From assembly GCA_045655185.1 (NCBI GenBank), contig JAZOOS010000012.1, forward strand, positions 17,700-81,699: DNA of 64,000 nt, written 5' to 3'. Of the stretch, positions 1-7,492 are shown piece by piece (position 1 is the first letter of the stretch; each line of letters begins with the position of its first letter). The notes beneath the pieces were generated by a model, which saw only the letters and a program-made list of their open reading frames with translations, was not told the DNA's origin and ran no database searches. The position numbers were made by a program, and so were the translations under genes. Source of the DNA: Eubacteriales bacterium. GTDB taxonomy: Bacteria; Bacillota; Clostridia; Oscillospirales; CAG-272.

Positions 1-16
1 TCTCCTTAAAGCTTAA

Positions 17-1009
17 ATGAGGATCGGCGTTTTAGGCAGCGGCTCGTGGGGGACGGCGCTTTCGCAGGTTTTATGCGATAATTGCCACGAGGTGCTTTTG
101 TACGGGCGCAACGAAAACGAGGTCAAGGATATCAACGAAAACGCCAAAAACAGCGCGTATTTCGGCGACCTTTTGTTGGCAGAGGGGATTCGGGCTACTA
201 CCGAGCTTTCCACTCTCGCCCCCTTTTGTGATGCGTATTTGCTGGCGGTTCCTTCGGGCGCGATCGCTTCGGTGCTTTCGCTCCTTACCCCCTATATTAA
301 GCCGCATACCGTTATCATCAACGCCGCCAAGGGCTTTGATCTTGCAAGCGGCAAGCGTCTTTCCGAATTTATTCGCGATACGCTTGCGGGCGTTTCCTAC
401 CGCGGCGTCGTTACCCTCGTCGGCCCCAGCCACGCCGAGGAGGTCATTCGCCGCATGCTGACCTCGCTTGACGCGGTGTCGCTTGATGCTTCGCTTGCCG
501 AAGAGGTTCAAAAGCTTTTTTCCAATTCTTATATGCGCGTGTACGCGGCAACCGACGAAAAAGGCGCCGAATACGGCGCGGCGGTCAAAAACGTGATCGC
601 CTTGGCTTCGGGAATGTTGGAGGGGCAGGGCTACGGCGACAACGCCAAGGCGGCCCTTATCACGCGTGGGCTTGCCGAGATCGTTCGCTACGGCGTGGGC
701 AAGGGCGCCATGCAAAAGACCTTTTTCGGGCTTACGGGGGTCGGCGATCTGATCGTTACTTGCTTTAGTAAACATTCCCGTAACTACCGCGCGGGGCTTT
801 CTATCGGCGCGGCCGACAGCGCAGAGGCATTACGCAATAACAACGAAACGGTAGAAGGGATACAGAGCGCGCGCGCCGTGTATCTTGATGCCTTGGCTAT
901 GGGGATCGAAATGCCGATCGTTGCGGGGGTATACCGCGTTCTCTTTGAGGGGGCGAAGCCGAGCTATGAGATCGAGCGGCTGATGACGCGCCCGCTTCGC
1001 GCCGAATAA
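17..1009 (+). CDS. gpsA: NAD(P)H-dependent glycerol-3-phosphate dehydrogenase
   Basis: 330-aa ORF with N-terminal Rossmann motif GSGSWGTA and full-length GpsA-like sequence; hairpin terminator follows. Confidence 0.93.
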   Translation: MRIGVLGSGSWGTALSQVLCDNCHEVLLYGRNENEVKDINENAKNSAYFGDLLLAEGIRATTELSTLAPFCDAYLLAVPSGAIASVLSLLTPYIKPHTVIINAAKGFDLASGKRLSEFIRDTLAGVSYRGVVTLVGPSHAEEVIRRMLTSLDAVSLDASLAEEVQKLFSNSYMRVYAATDEKGAEYGAAVKNVIALASGMLEGQGYGDNAKAALITRGLAEIVRYGVGKGAMQKTFFGLTGVGDLIVTCFSKHSRNYRAGLSIGAADSAEALRNNNETVEGIQSARAVYLDALAMGIEMPIVAGVYRVLFEGAKPSYEIERLMTRPLRAE

Positions 1010-1037
1010 ATTTGTTAACAGAAAAAAGAAAAACGAA

Positions 1038-1067
1038 GAAAACAAGAGAAAACAAGAGAAAACAAGA
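1038..1067. repeat. Tandem repeat, 3 x 10 bp (gaaaacaaga)
   Basis: Three perfect head-to-tail copies read directly in the gpsA-rplM spacer. Confidence 0.9.
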
Positions 1068-1105
1068 GCATTTTTAAAAAAACAAAAAATGCTCGTTTTC
1101 TTTTT
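1066..1105 (+). terminator. Rho-independent terminator after gpsA
   Basis: 10-bp stem gagcattttt/aaaaatgctc followed by gttttcttttt. Confidence 0.65.
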
Positions 1106-1115
1106 CAAAAAACGC

Positions 1116-1144
1116 TTGACAAGCGCTTTTCGGTGTGTTATAAT
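1116..1144 (+). promoter_or_regulatory. Sigma-A type promoter of rplM-rpsI
   Basis: TTGACA, 17-nt spacer, TATAAT, read directly. Confidence 0.7.
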
Positions 1145-1199
1145 GCTCACGTTGAAAAAAACGGATGAGAACACTCATACCGACTACGGAGGAAAGAAA

Positions 1200-1625
1200 A
1201 TGTCCACATTTATGGCTAAAAAAGAAACCGTTAGCCGCAAATGGTATGTTATCGACGCTGCCGGTAAGCCCCTTGGCAAAACCGCCGTTGCCGCCGCCAA
1301 CATCCTGCGCGGAAAGCATCGCCCTGAATTCACCCCCCACGTTGATTGCGGCGAATACGTCATCGTTATCAACGCGGCTAAGGCGGTTCTGACGGGTAAG
1401 AAGCTGGATCAGAAGCACTACTATCATCACTCGGGCTACATCGGTGGCCTGAAGGATAAGAGCTACCGCATCCTGATGCAAGAAAACCCTGAGTTCGCTA
1501 TGCAGAAGGCGATCAAGGGCATGCTCCCCAAGAACACCATCGGCGATAAGGCCATCACCCGCCTTAAGGTTTACGCCGGTGAAACCCACAACCAAGCTGC
1601 TCAGCAGCCCATCGTTGTTGACTGA
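1200..1625 (+). CDS. rplM: 50S ribosomal protein L13
   Basis: In-frame ATG at codon 38 of ORF 1089..1625, preceded by GGAGGA; sequence [20 protein letters not shown]... is typical L13. Confidence 0.95.
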   Translation: MSTFMAKKETVSRKWYVIDAAGKPLGKTAVAAANILRGKHRPEFTPHVDCGEYVIVINAAKAVLTGKKLDQKHYYHHSGYIGGLKDKSYRILMQENPEFAMQKAIKGMLPKNTIGDKAITRLKVYAGETHNQAAQQPIVVD

Positions 1626-1648
1626 GACTGAGAAAGGAAGATAAGCAA

Positions 1649-2053
1649 ATGTATACCAGTGCAAAGCCTTACTTTTACGGCACCGGCAGAAGAAAGAAGT
1701 CCATCGCCCGTGTCCGCCTTTATCCCGGTACCGGTCTGATCACGGTAAACGGCAAGAACGTTGATGACTATTTCGGTCTTGAAACCCTTAAGCTCATCAT
1801 CAACCAGCCCTTCGGTGTAACCGATACGGTTGGCAAGTTTGATATCGTTGCTACGGTTCGCGGCGGTGGCCTTTCCGGCCAGGCCGGCGCTATCCGTCAC
1901 GGTCTTGCCCGCGCTCTCGTCCTGGCTGACGAGGCCGCTAACAAGAAGGCCCTCAAGGCCGCCGGCTTCTTGACCCGTGACCCTCGTATGAAGGAAAGAA
2001 AGAAATACGGTCTCAAAGCCGCCCGTCGCGCTCCCCAGTTCTCGAAGCGCTAA
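1649..2053 (+). CDS. rpsI: 30S ribosomal protein S9
   Basis: 134-aa ORF ending ...RRAPQFSKR, immediately after rplM as in the conserved operon. Confidence 0.95.
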   Translation: MYTSAKPYFYGTGRRKKSIARVRLYPGTGLITVNGKNVDDYFGLETLKLIINQPFGVTDTVGKFDIVATVRGGGLSGQAGAIRHGLARALVLADEAANKKALKAAGFLTRDPRMKERKKYGLKAARRAPQFSKR

Positions 2054-2153
2054 TTTCAATCTTACAAAAAAGCTTCGCTTTTGCGAAGCTTTTTTCTTCA
2101 TACTCGGGCCCTCCACCGTCGCATAGTCGTCTGCCGTCGCCTGCGCCCGCTCG
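2041..2153 (+). repeat. Direct repeat copy A (last 13 nt of rpsI + terminator + ~55 bp)
   Basis: By manual alignment matches 5941..6051 except for one substitution and a 2-3 nt difference in the T-run. Confidence 0.9.
2066..2095. terminator. rpsI terminator (bidirectional hairpin)
   Basis: agcttcgc/gcgaagct stem, tttt loop, A-run upstream and T-run downstream. Confidence 0.8.
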
Positions 2154-2191
2154 GCTCGGCACACTCCTTGCTTTGGGCGGTTTCGCCTTCA

Positions 2192-2216
2192 CCAAAACAG
2201 TTATCAACTGTTTTGG
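2192..2216. repeat. Perfect 11-bp inverted repeat with 3-nt spacer
   Basis: ccaaaacagtt-atc-aactgttttgg, read directly, just upstream of the orphan rpsI fragment. Confidence 0.9.
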
Positions 2217-2226
2217 CTTGTCTACC

Positions 2227-2295
2227 CGTATGAAGGAAAGAAAGAAATACGGTCTCAAAGCCGCTCGTCGCGCTCCCCAGTTCTCGAAGAGATAA
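2227..2295 (+). pseudogene. Orphan duplicate of the rpsI 3' end (last ~22 codons plus stop)
   Basis: Matches 1985..2053; differences are synonymous (gcc-cgt vs gct-cgt; cgc vs aga), so the encoded tail [22 protein letters not shown] is unchanged; no upstream coding part. Confidence 0.85.
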
Positions 2296-2317
2296 TTACA
2301 GCCTTACGGCAATTATC

Positions 2318-2360
2318 AAAAAAACCCCGAAACCACAACGGTTTTCGGGGTTTTCTTTTT
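2318..2360 (+). terminator. Rho-independent terminator after the orphan rpsI tail
   Basis: ccccgaaacc / ggttttcgggg stem followed by ttttcttttt. Confidence 0.75.
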
Positions 2361-2374
2361 GCCAAGTTTGCGAT

Positions 2375-2396
2375 TTTGGTGCAAATTTGGTGCAAA
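2375..2396. repeat. Tandem direct repeat 2 x 11 bp (tttggtgcaaa)
   Basis: Read directly at the left edge of the AT-rich island. Confidence 0.8.
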
Positions 2397-2621
2397 TAAA
2401 AAAATAAGCGTTTTTTCAAGGCGTACAATGAGGTTTCGTGTTGTACGCTTTTTTTGCATTTTTTTAGTCGAACACATCTCTTTAATACCGAAAAAATGTT
2501 GCTCTATAATACTGCTACAAGGTGGTGCTTTTATGCCGTTCAAGTAGTAGAACAAAAATTTTGCAGGGGGTCGAACACTTTTTAATTATGACAGCTTTCG
2601 ACACTTGCATATAATTTAAAA

Positions 2622-2869
2622 ACAAAACAAATGAAACATTTTGTTTTGAGCTCACCTCGAATAGAGGTGTCTCGCCAGTATGGAAAGCATGGTGTTTTTA
2701 CTTGTTAGTCCTTCCTTTTTCCTTTCTTTTCTAACATACATAGATAGTCTTTTCAGCGTAGCGTACCATCCCCCGAAAGGGGGAGCCAGAACCTGCAAGG
2801 TTCGGATATTGTAAGGATTTTTAACGGATAAGGCGGTTTGAGTGAAAATCAAGCCGTCTTATCTTTTTT
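2622..2869 (+). ncRNA. Candidate structured RNA or leader (unclassified)
   Basis: Putative promoter ATGACA-16-TATAAT at 2588..2615; several short GC hairpins; ends in a 15-bp-stem terminator; only a 25-codon ORF without SD inside. Confidence 0.3.
2827..2869 (+). terminator. Strong rho-independent terminator
   Basis: 15-bp stem gataaggcggtttga / tcaagccgtcttatc (two G-U pairs), 7-nt loop, then tttttt. Confidence 0.85.
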
Positions 2870-2881
2870 GAACCGTTCTCC

Positions 2882-2910
2882 TTTACAAATCGACAAAAGT
2901 ATGCTATCAT
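2882..2910 (+). promoter_or_regulatory. Putative promoter of the LRR lipoprotein gene
   Basis: TTTACA, 17-nt spacer, TGcTATCAT (same extended -10 as the tRNA-Lys promoter). Confidence 0.5.
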
Positions 2911-2951
2911 ATATATGATAAACTGGGTTATTATAACTTGGAGGAATGATA

Positions 2952-5534
2952 ATGAAAAAAACATTATGGTTAGCACTATTTTTGTTGTTGGTTTGTGTAT
3001 TTGCCTTTTCTGCGTGTGATAGCGGAGATACGTCGCCCACCAATAACGAAAACAATCAACAGACTACTGATGATAACAATCAAAATACGGAAAGTAGTGG
3101 AAATAGCACTTCGGGAACTCCTACGGGATGTCAACATACTTTTGGTAGTTGGAACACTATAAAACAGGCTACGTGCAAGGAAGAAGGAAAGCTTGTCAGA
3201 ACTTGTAGTAAGTGTTCCGAAACCGAGGAATCCACCGTTGCTAAAACCGATATACATACTGAAGTTATAGATGCCGCTGTTTCAGCAACATGTACTGTTG
3301 ATGGCAAAACGGAAGGTAAGCACTGTTCTGTTTGTGGTAAAACAATTATTGCTCAAACCGTTGTAAAGGCTTCTGGTCATACCGAGGTTGTTGATCCTGC
3401 CGTTGAGGCGACATGTAAAGCAAAGGGTAAGACAGAGGGCAAGCATTGCTCCGTATGTAACACTGTAATAATCAAACAAACCGATACAGCTATTATTGAT
3501 CATGATTATCAAAGTGGTGCTTGCATTATGTGCAAGGCTGTTGATACGGTTGCAAAACAAGCAGAAATTGATGCAGAAAATGAACGCCACGAAGCCAAGT
3601 TGGCTCAAATTGAAGAGTATTATCCCAGCGTAATATCTGGTTTGCAAGAAAGAATCAACAATCTTAAAGATGCATACGGAATTACCTACGTATATAGCGA
3701 CTCTTATTGCTATGATAAGATTTCGAGCTTAACAACAGAGATAAGAAATTTGGAACGCAAAATTGCTTCTCTTTCTGGTAGTACAAACAGTTCTGATGTA
3801 GCTGAACGCCGTCGATATGAAGCTCAGTTGACACAAAAGCAAAACGAACAAGACATGTATTACAAGTGTATTACTATTAACGGCTTAAACGACGAAATAA
3901 CCTACACGCGTGCATATTATTCCGAAGCAACATCTGATGAAAACGCATTACACAGAGCAAATCTTGAATCAATCGAAATTAAATATACTTGTGCTTCCAA
4001 TGGGCATACCATCGTTATAGATGAAGCCCAAAAACCTACTTGCACTGTTAATGGACATACAGAAGGAAGTCATTGTTCGGTCTGTAATGCTGTTTTGGTA
4101 GCTACACAAACAATTAGTGCAACTGGGCATAATTATGGTGGTTGGAACACAGTATTAAATCCAACATGTGAAGATATGGGCAAGGAGGAAAGGGTTTGTT
4201 CCGCGTGTAATACCAAAGAGCAAAACAATTTATCTGCATTAGGACATGAATGGTCGGAGTGGCAAGAATTTGAGAAGCCAGATTGTACTAATGCTGGGAA
4301 AAACATACGAGATTGTTCTCGTTGTACTGATAAAGACTACCAAACCGTTTCGGCAAAAGGACATCTGTTTGGGGATTGGGAAACTATTCAACAACCGTCT
4401 TGTATTGCAGAGGGATGTCAAAAGAGAAGATGTAATAACTGTACTCACAGCGAGGAACAATCAGTTTCGGTAATTACCCATAGTTATAATACGTCAAATA
4501 TTTGTAGCGTGTGCAACATGTTAAAGCCAAGTGAAGGATTGCTTTATGAATTAAACGAAGATGGGGAAAGTTATAGAGTTACAGGTATCGGTAACTGTCA
4601 AGATACCGCAGTTGTTATTGCGGAATACTACAATGGTAAATTGGTTACGGCTATTGGAGAAAATGCTTTTAGTAGATCATCAATTGTTTCAATTGTAATT
4701 CCCGATACCATAACTATTATAGGAAAATATGCTTTCCATTATTGCGATGATTTGTTGAGTGTTACAATTCCAGATAGTGTAGTTACGATATCTGACGATG
4801 CTTTTAATTCTTGTTTGACTCTATCTGCTGTAACGTTAGGATGCAACATTGAAACAATTGGAAACAGAGCTTTCGTTGCATGTTGGGCTTTAACTGAAAT
4901 TACCATACCTAATAGTGTTACATCTATTGGGGAGTATGCATTGGGCGAATGTCATCAACTTAAAGCAGTTAATTTTGAGTGTAGCATAACCACAATTGAG
5001 GCAATGCTATTTTATAATTGTAGAAGTTTGGAAAAAATAGTCATCCCCGATAGTGTAACTGCCATTAAGAATTCAGCATTCGAGGGATGTGAGAAATTAA
5101 AATCTATTACATTCTCCAGTAATCTTGAGGAAATTGGAGAATATGCATTTGCTTCTTGTACTCTCTTAAATAATATAGCCTTGCCCAATACTGTAACAAT
5201 TATAGGCATGCGTGCATTTATGCATTGTAAAGGTATTACATCAATAACAATTCCTGATAAAATCACTACTATAAACCAAGATACTTTTTATAATTGCACA
5301 AGTTTGTCAAATGTAGTGATAGGAAAGAGTGTGTCTGTTATATATCCTGATGCATTTGGACAGTGTTCAAATTTGAAGAGTACTACATTCAAGGAATCTG
5401 GCACATGGAAATTAAAAGAAACCTATAATTCGAATTCTTGGTATGAGATTACTGTTTCGCCATCTGCTAACAAGTCAACTGTGGCAAAGTGGTTAAAGGA
5501 AACTTATATTGATTACTATTGGATTAAGGCATAA
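2952..5534 (+). CDS. Surface lipoprotein with ~8 Cys-rich repeats, a coiled-coil segment and C-terminal BspA-type leucine-rich repeats
   Basis: Second ATG sits 7 nt after GGAGGA. Signal peptide plus lipobox FSAC. Repeats of the form H-x10-C-x5-7-G-x3-5-C-x2-C. C-terminal IPDSVTxIGxxAFxxCxxL repeats (LRR_5-like). AT-rich codon usage. Confidence 0.85.
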   Translation: MKKTLWLALFLLLVCVFAFSACDSGDTSPTNNENNQQTTDDNNQNTESSGNSTSGTPTGCQHTFGSWNTIKQATCKEEGKLVRTCSKCSETEESTVAKTDIHTEVIDAAVSATCTVDGKTEGKHCSVCGKTIIAQTVVKASGHTEVVDPAVEATCKAKGKTEGKHCSVCNTVIIKQTDTAIIDHDYQSGACIMCKAVDTVAKQAEIDAENERHEAKLAQIEEYYPSVISGLQERINNLKDAYGITYVYSDSYCYDKISSLTTEIRNLERKIASLSGSTNSSDVAERRRYEAQLTQKQNEQDMYYKCITINGLNDEITYTRAYYSEATSDENALHRANLESIEIKYTCASNGHTIVIDEAQKPTCTVNGHTEGSHCSVCNAVLVATQTISATGHNYGGWNTVLNPTCEDMGKEERVCSACNTKEQNNLSALGHEWSEWQEFEKPDCTNAGKNIRDCSRCTDKDYQTVSAKGHLFGDWETIQQPSCIAEGCQKRRCNNCTHSEEQSVSVITHSYNTSNICSVCNMLKPSEGLLYELNEDGESYRVTGIGNCQDTAVVIAEYYNGKLVTAIGENAFSRSSIVSIVIPDTITIIGKYAFHYCDDLLSVTIPDSVVTISDDAFNSCLTLSAVTLGCNIETIGNRAFVACWALTEITIPNSVTSIGEYALGECHQLKAVNFECSITTIEAMLFYNCRSLEKIVIPDSVTAIKNSAFEGCEKLKSITFSSNLEEIGEYAFASCTLLNNIALPNTVTIIGMRAFMHCKGITSITIPDKITTINQDTFYNCTSLSNVVIGKSVSVIYPDAFGQCSNLKSTTFKESGTWKLKETYNSNSWYEITVSPSANKSTVAKWLKETYIDYYWIKA

Positions 5535-5557
5535 CATTAGGCATACATCTATATTTT

Positions 5558-5603
5558 AGCCGCTGTCAAAGCGTGATCATCACGCCGCGATAGCGGCTTT
5601 TTT
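5558..5603 (+). terminator. Rho-independent terminator after the LRR lipoprotein gene
   Basis: agccgct...agcggct outer stem with inner gcgtgat/atcacgc hairpin, then tttttt. Confidence 0.75.
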
Positions 5604-5674
5604 CTCACCATACATATTATAGTGCCGATTTCTCTTACTGGCAGAAAAAATAACATCTTTTTTGATGATTTAAT

Positions 5675-5703
5675 TTATCAAGATGTCATTTTTTCACTAT
5701 AAT
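5675..5703 (+). promoter_or_regulatory. Weak putative promoter of an orphan transcription unit
   Basis: TTATCA, 17-nt spacer, TATAAT. Confidence 0.4.
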
Positions 5704-5940
5704 ATAGCAAAGGCAATTTTTTGCTACAAATTTGAAAGGCACAGAATATGGAAGGAGTGAAAATACAGTATGGATAAGGATTTTGATGCTTTTATATATT
5801 GCGATAAAGGTATATATAAAAGTATCAAAATATTTGGATGAAACAGCGAGCGCAGCTCGATGCTTCATCCAAAAGGCACGTGAAGGATTTTTGATAAAGA
5901 AAAATCCAACATTTTCTCAAATGATTTTGCAAACGGCAAA

Positions 5941-6051
5941 CTCGAAGCGCTAATTTCGATCTTACAAAAAAGCTTCGCTTTTGCGAAGCTTTTTTTCATA
6001 CTCGGGCCCTCCACCGTCGCATAGTCGTCTGCCGTCGCCTGCGCCCGCTCG
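5941..6051 (+). repeat. Direct repeat copy B
   Basis: Near-identical to 2041..2153, including the last 13 nt of rpsI (ctcgaagcgctaa) and the terminator hairpin. Confidence 0.9.
5966..5997. terminator. Duplicate copy of the rpsI terminator hairpin
   Basis: Same agcttcgc-tttt-gcgaagct hairpin plus T-run as 2066..2095. Confidence 0.8.
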
Positions 6052-6114
6052 CTCTGAATTCGTTCGGCAGCACCCCCAAAAGGGACAACTTTTGCGGGAA
6101 ACGCAAAGTTTGCC

Positions 6115-6143
6115 TTGACAAGGAAAATATAGTTTGCTATAAT
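6115..6143 (+). promoter_or_regulatory. Sigma-A type promoter
   Basis: TTGACA, 17-nt spacer, TGcTATAAT. Confidence 0.75.
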
Positions 6144-6173
6144 AAAGCCAATCAATGAAAGCGAGGTTCTTTT

Positions 6174-6404
6174 ATGAAAAGTTGCTTGATTCGCCTTTCC
6201 ACCATTCAGGACGTGCGCGATTTTGTAAATATCGTAAGCGCCGCTGCCACCGACGTGGATCTTTCTTCGGGCCGTTACGTGGTTGACGCCAAGTCGATTA
6301 TGGGTATCTTCAGCCTTGATCTGTTAAAGCCCATCACGCTGACCGCCGCGAAGGAAGACACGGAGCTTTTTGAAAAGCTTGCCCGTTTTATGGTGGAAGG
6401 ATAA
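6174..6404 (+). CDS. HPr-like small protein with no histidine
   Basis: 76 aa; the AKSIMGIFSL segment resembles the HPr Ser46 region (KSIMGVMSL); the protein contains no His at all. Confidence 0.55.
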   Translation: MKSCLIRLSTIQDVRDFVNIVSAAATDVDLSSGRYVVDAKSIMGIFSLDLLKPITLTAAKEDTELFEKLARFMVEG

Positions 6405-6441
6405 AAAGAAAACCGATCCTTAAAGGATCGGTTTTCTTTTT
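6404..6441. terminator. Bidirectional terminator between the HPr-like gene and ldhA
   Basis: aaaaccgatcc / ggatcggtttt stem flanked by A-run and T-run. Confidence 0.75.
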
Positions 6442-6442
6442 G

Positions 6443-7474
6443 TCAGAAGCAACGCTCGGCTTTGTGCTTGCGGCAGCTTTCGATCTTGCCGCAACGGTAA
6501 CAAAGCTCGTTTTTGGAGAAACCTTTCTCCTTGACCTCAAGGATGTTTTCTACCGTTGTTTTGGCGATACTGTCCAAAGCTTCCTCGGTCAGAAACGCTT
6601 GGTGAGAGGTCAGAAGCACATTGGGCATGGAGATAAGGCGCGCCAGGGTATCGTCCTCTAAAATATGCCCCGAAACGTCCTCGAAGAAGATGTCGGCCTC
6701 TTCCTCATATACATCAAGACATGCCGCGCCGATGATGCGCTGCTTGATCCCGGTAAGAAGCGCTTCCGAATCGATCAGCGCCCCGCGCGAGGTGTTCACC
6801 AGCACCACGCCTTTTTTGAGAAGCGGCAGCGTGCGTTCGTTAATAAGGTGTCGGGTCTCTTCCGTAAGCGGGCAATGGAAAGAGATCACGTCGCTCTCCT
6901 TTAACAGCTGCTCTAACGGTACGTAGGTAAGCTTTTCATCGGAGAGCGGGTATTTGTCATAGCAAAGCACGCGCATGTGAAAGCCTTGGCAAATATCGAT
7001 AAAGGCGCGACCGATACGCCCCGTGCCGATGACCCCCACCGTTTTTCCCGAAAGCTCAAAGCCGGTAAGCCCCGCAAGACTGAAATTGAAGTCGCGGGTA
7101 CGGTTGTAGGCCTTGTGGATACGGCGGATCGAGGTTAACAGAAGCGCCATGGCATGCTCGGCTACCGCGCTCGGGGAGTAGGCGGGCACATGTACAACGT
7201 GTATTTTCCGAAAGGCGGCCGAAAGATCAACGTTGTTATAGCCGGCGCAACGAAGCGCGATAACGCGTACCCCCAGCGAATACAGCTTATCGATGACCTG
7301 CGCGTCCAGCGTATCGTTTACGAATACCGAGACCCCCTCATAGCCTGCCGCCAGATCGACGGTATCGGCCGTTAGGTGCGATTCAAAAAACTTGAAGCGA
7401 ATGCCCGCCGCTTCTCCGTATTTTTCAAAGGAAGGCCTGTCATAGGGCTTGGTGTCAAAAAACGCGATCTTCAT
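6443..7474 (-). CDS. ldhA: D-isomer-specific 2-hydroxyacid (D-lactate) dehydrogenase
   Basis: 343 aa; NAD-binding motif GVIGTGRIG; overall D-LDH-like sequence with a Cys-rich C-terminal tail. Confidence 0.8.
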   Translation of the reverse strand: MKIAFFDTKPYDRPSFEKYGEAAGIRFKFFESHLTADTVDLAAGYEGVSVFVNDTLDAQVIDKLYSLGVRVIALRCAGYNNVDLSAAFRKIHVVHVPAYSPSAVAEHAMALLLTSIRRIHKAYNRTRDFNFSLAGLTGFELSGKTVGVIGTGRIGRAFIDICQGFHMRVLCYDKYPLSDEKLTYVPLEQLLKESDVISFHCPLTEETRHLINERTLPLLKKGVVLVNTSRGALIDSEALLTGIKQRIIGAACLDVYEEEADIFFEDVSGHILEDDTLARLISMPNVLLTSHQAFLTEEALDSIAKTTVENILEVKEKGFSKNELCYRCGKIESCRKHKAERCF

Positions 7475-7492
7475 AAAACGGTCCTTTCTTAA

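Larger units (their letters stand above)
2296..5940. other. AT-rich island (foreign-looking composition) between the rpsI tail copy and direct repeat B
   Basis: Visibly lower GC and A/T-ending codons compared with all flanking genes; bounded by repeats; no recombinase ORF. Confidence 0.6.

Noticed and set aside
2533-2547. Four-codon ORF MPFK with a good SD, which could be a leader peptide.
   Set aside because: It is too short, and a regulatory role is unsupported by anything I can see. It is mentioned within the candidate-RNA finding only.
2783-2805. A gagcc...gaacct-gca-aggttc-gg hairpin that resembles group II intron domain 5.
   Set aside because: It has a triloop instead of a GNRA tetraloop, no 2-nt bulge and no domain 6 or intron-encoded protein (IEP) nearby. 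The flanks show no 5' GUGYG. It is probably just one hairpin of the candidate RNA.
5732-5953. 73-aa ORF ending in ...SKR, identical to the end of S9.
   Set aside because: It only terminates there because it runs into the duplicated last 13 nt of rpsI. It has a TTG start, no SD and an AT-rich nonsense-like sequence.
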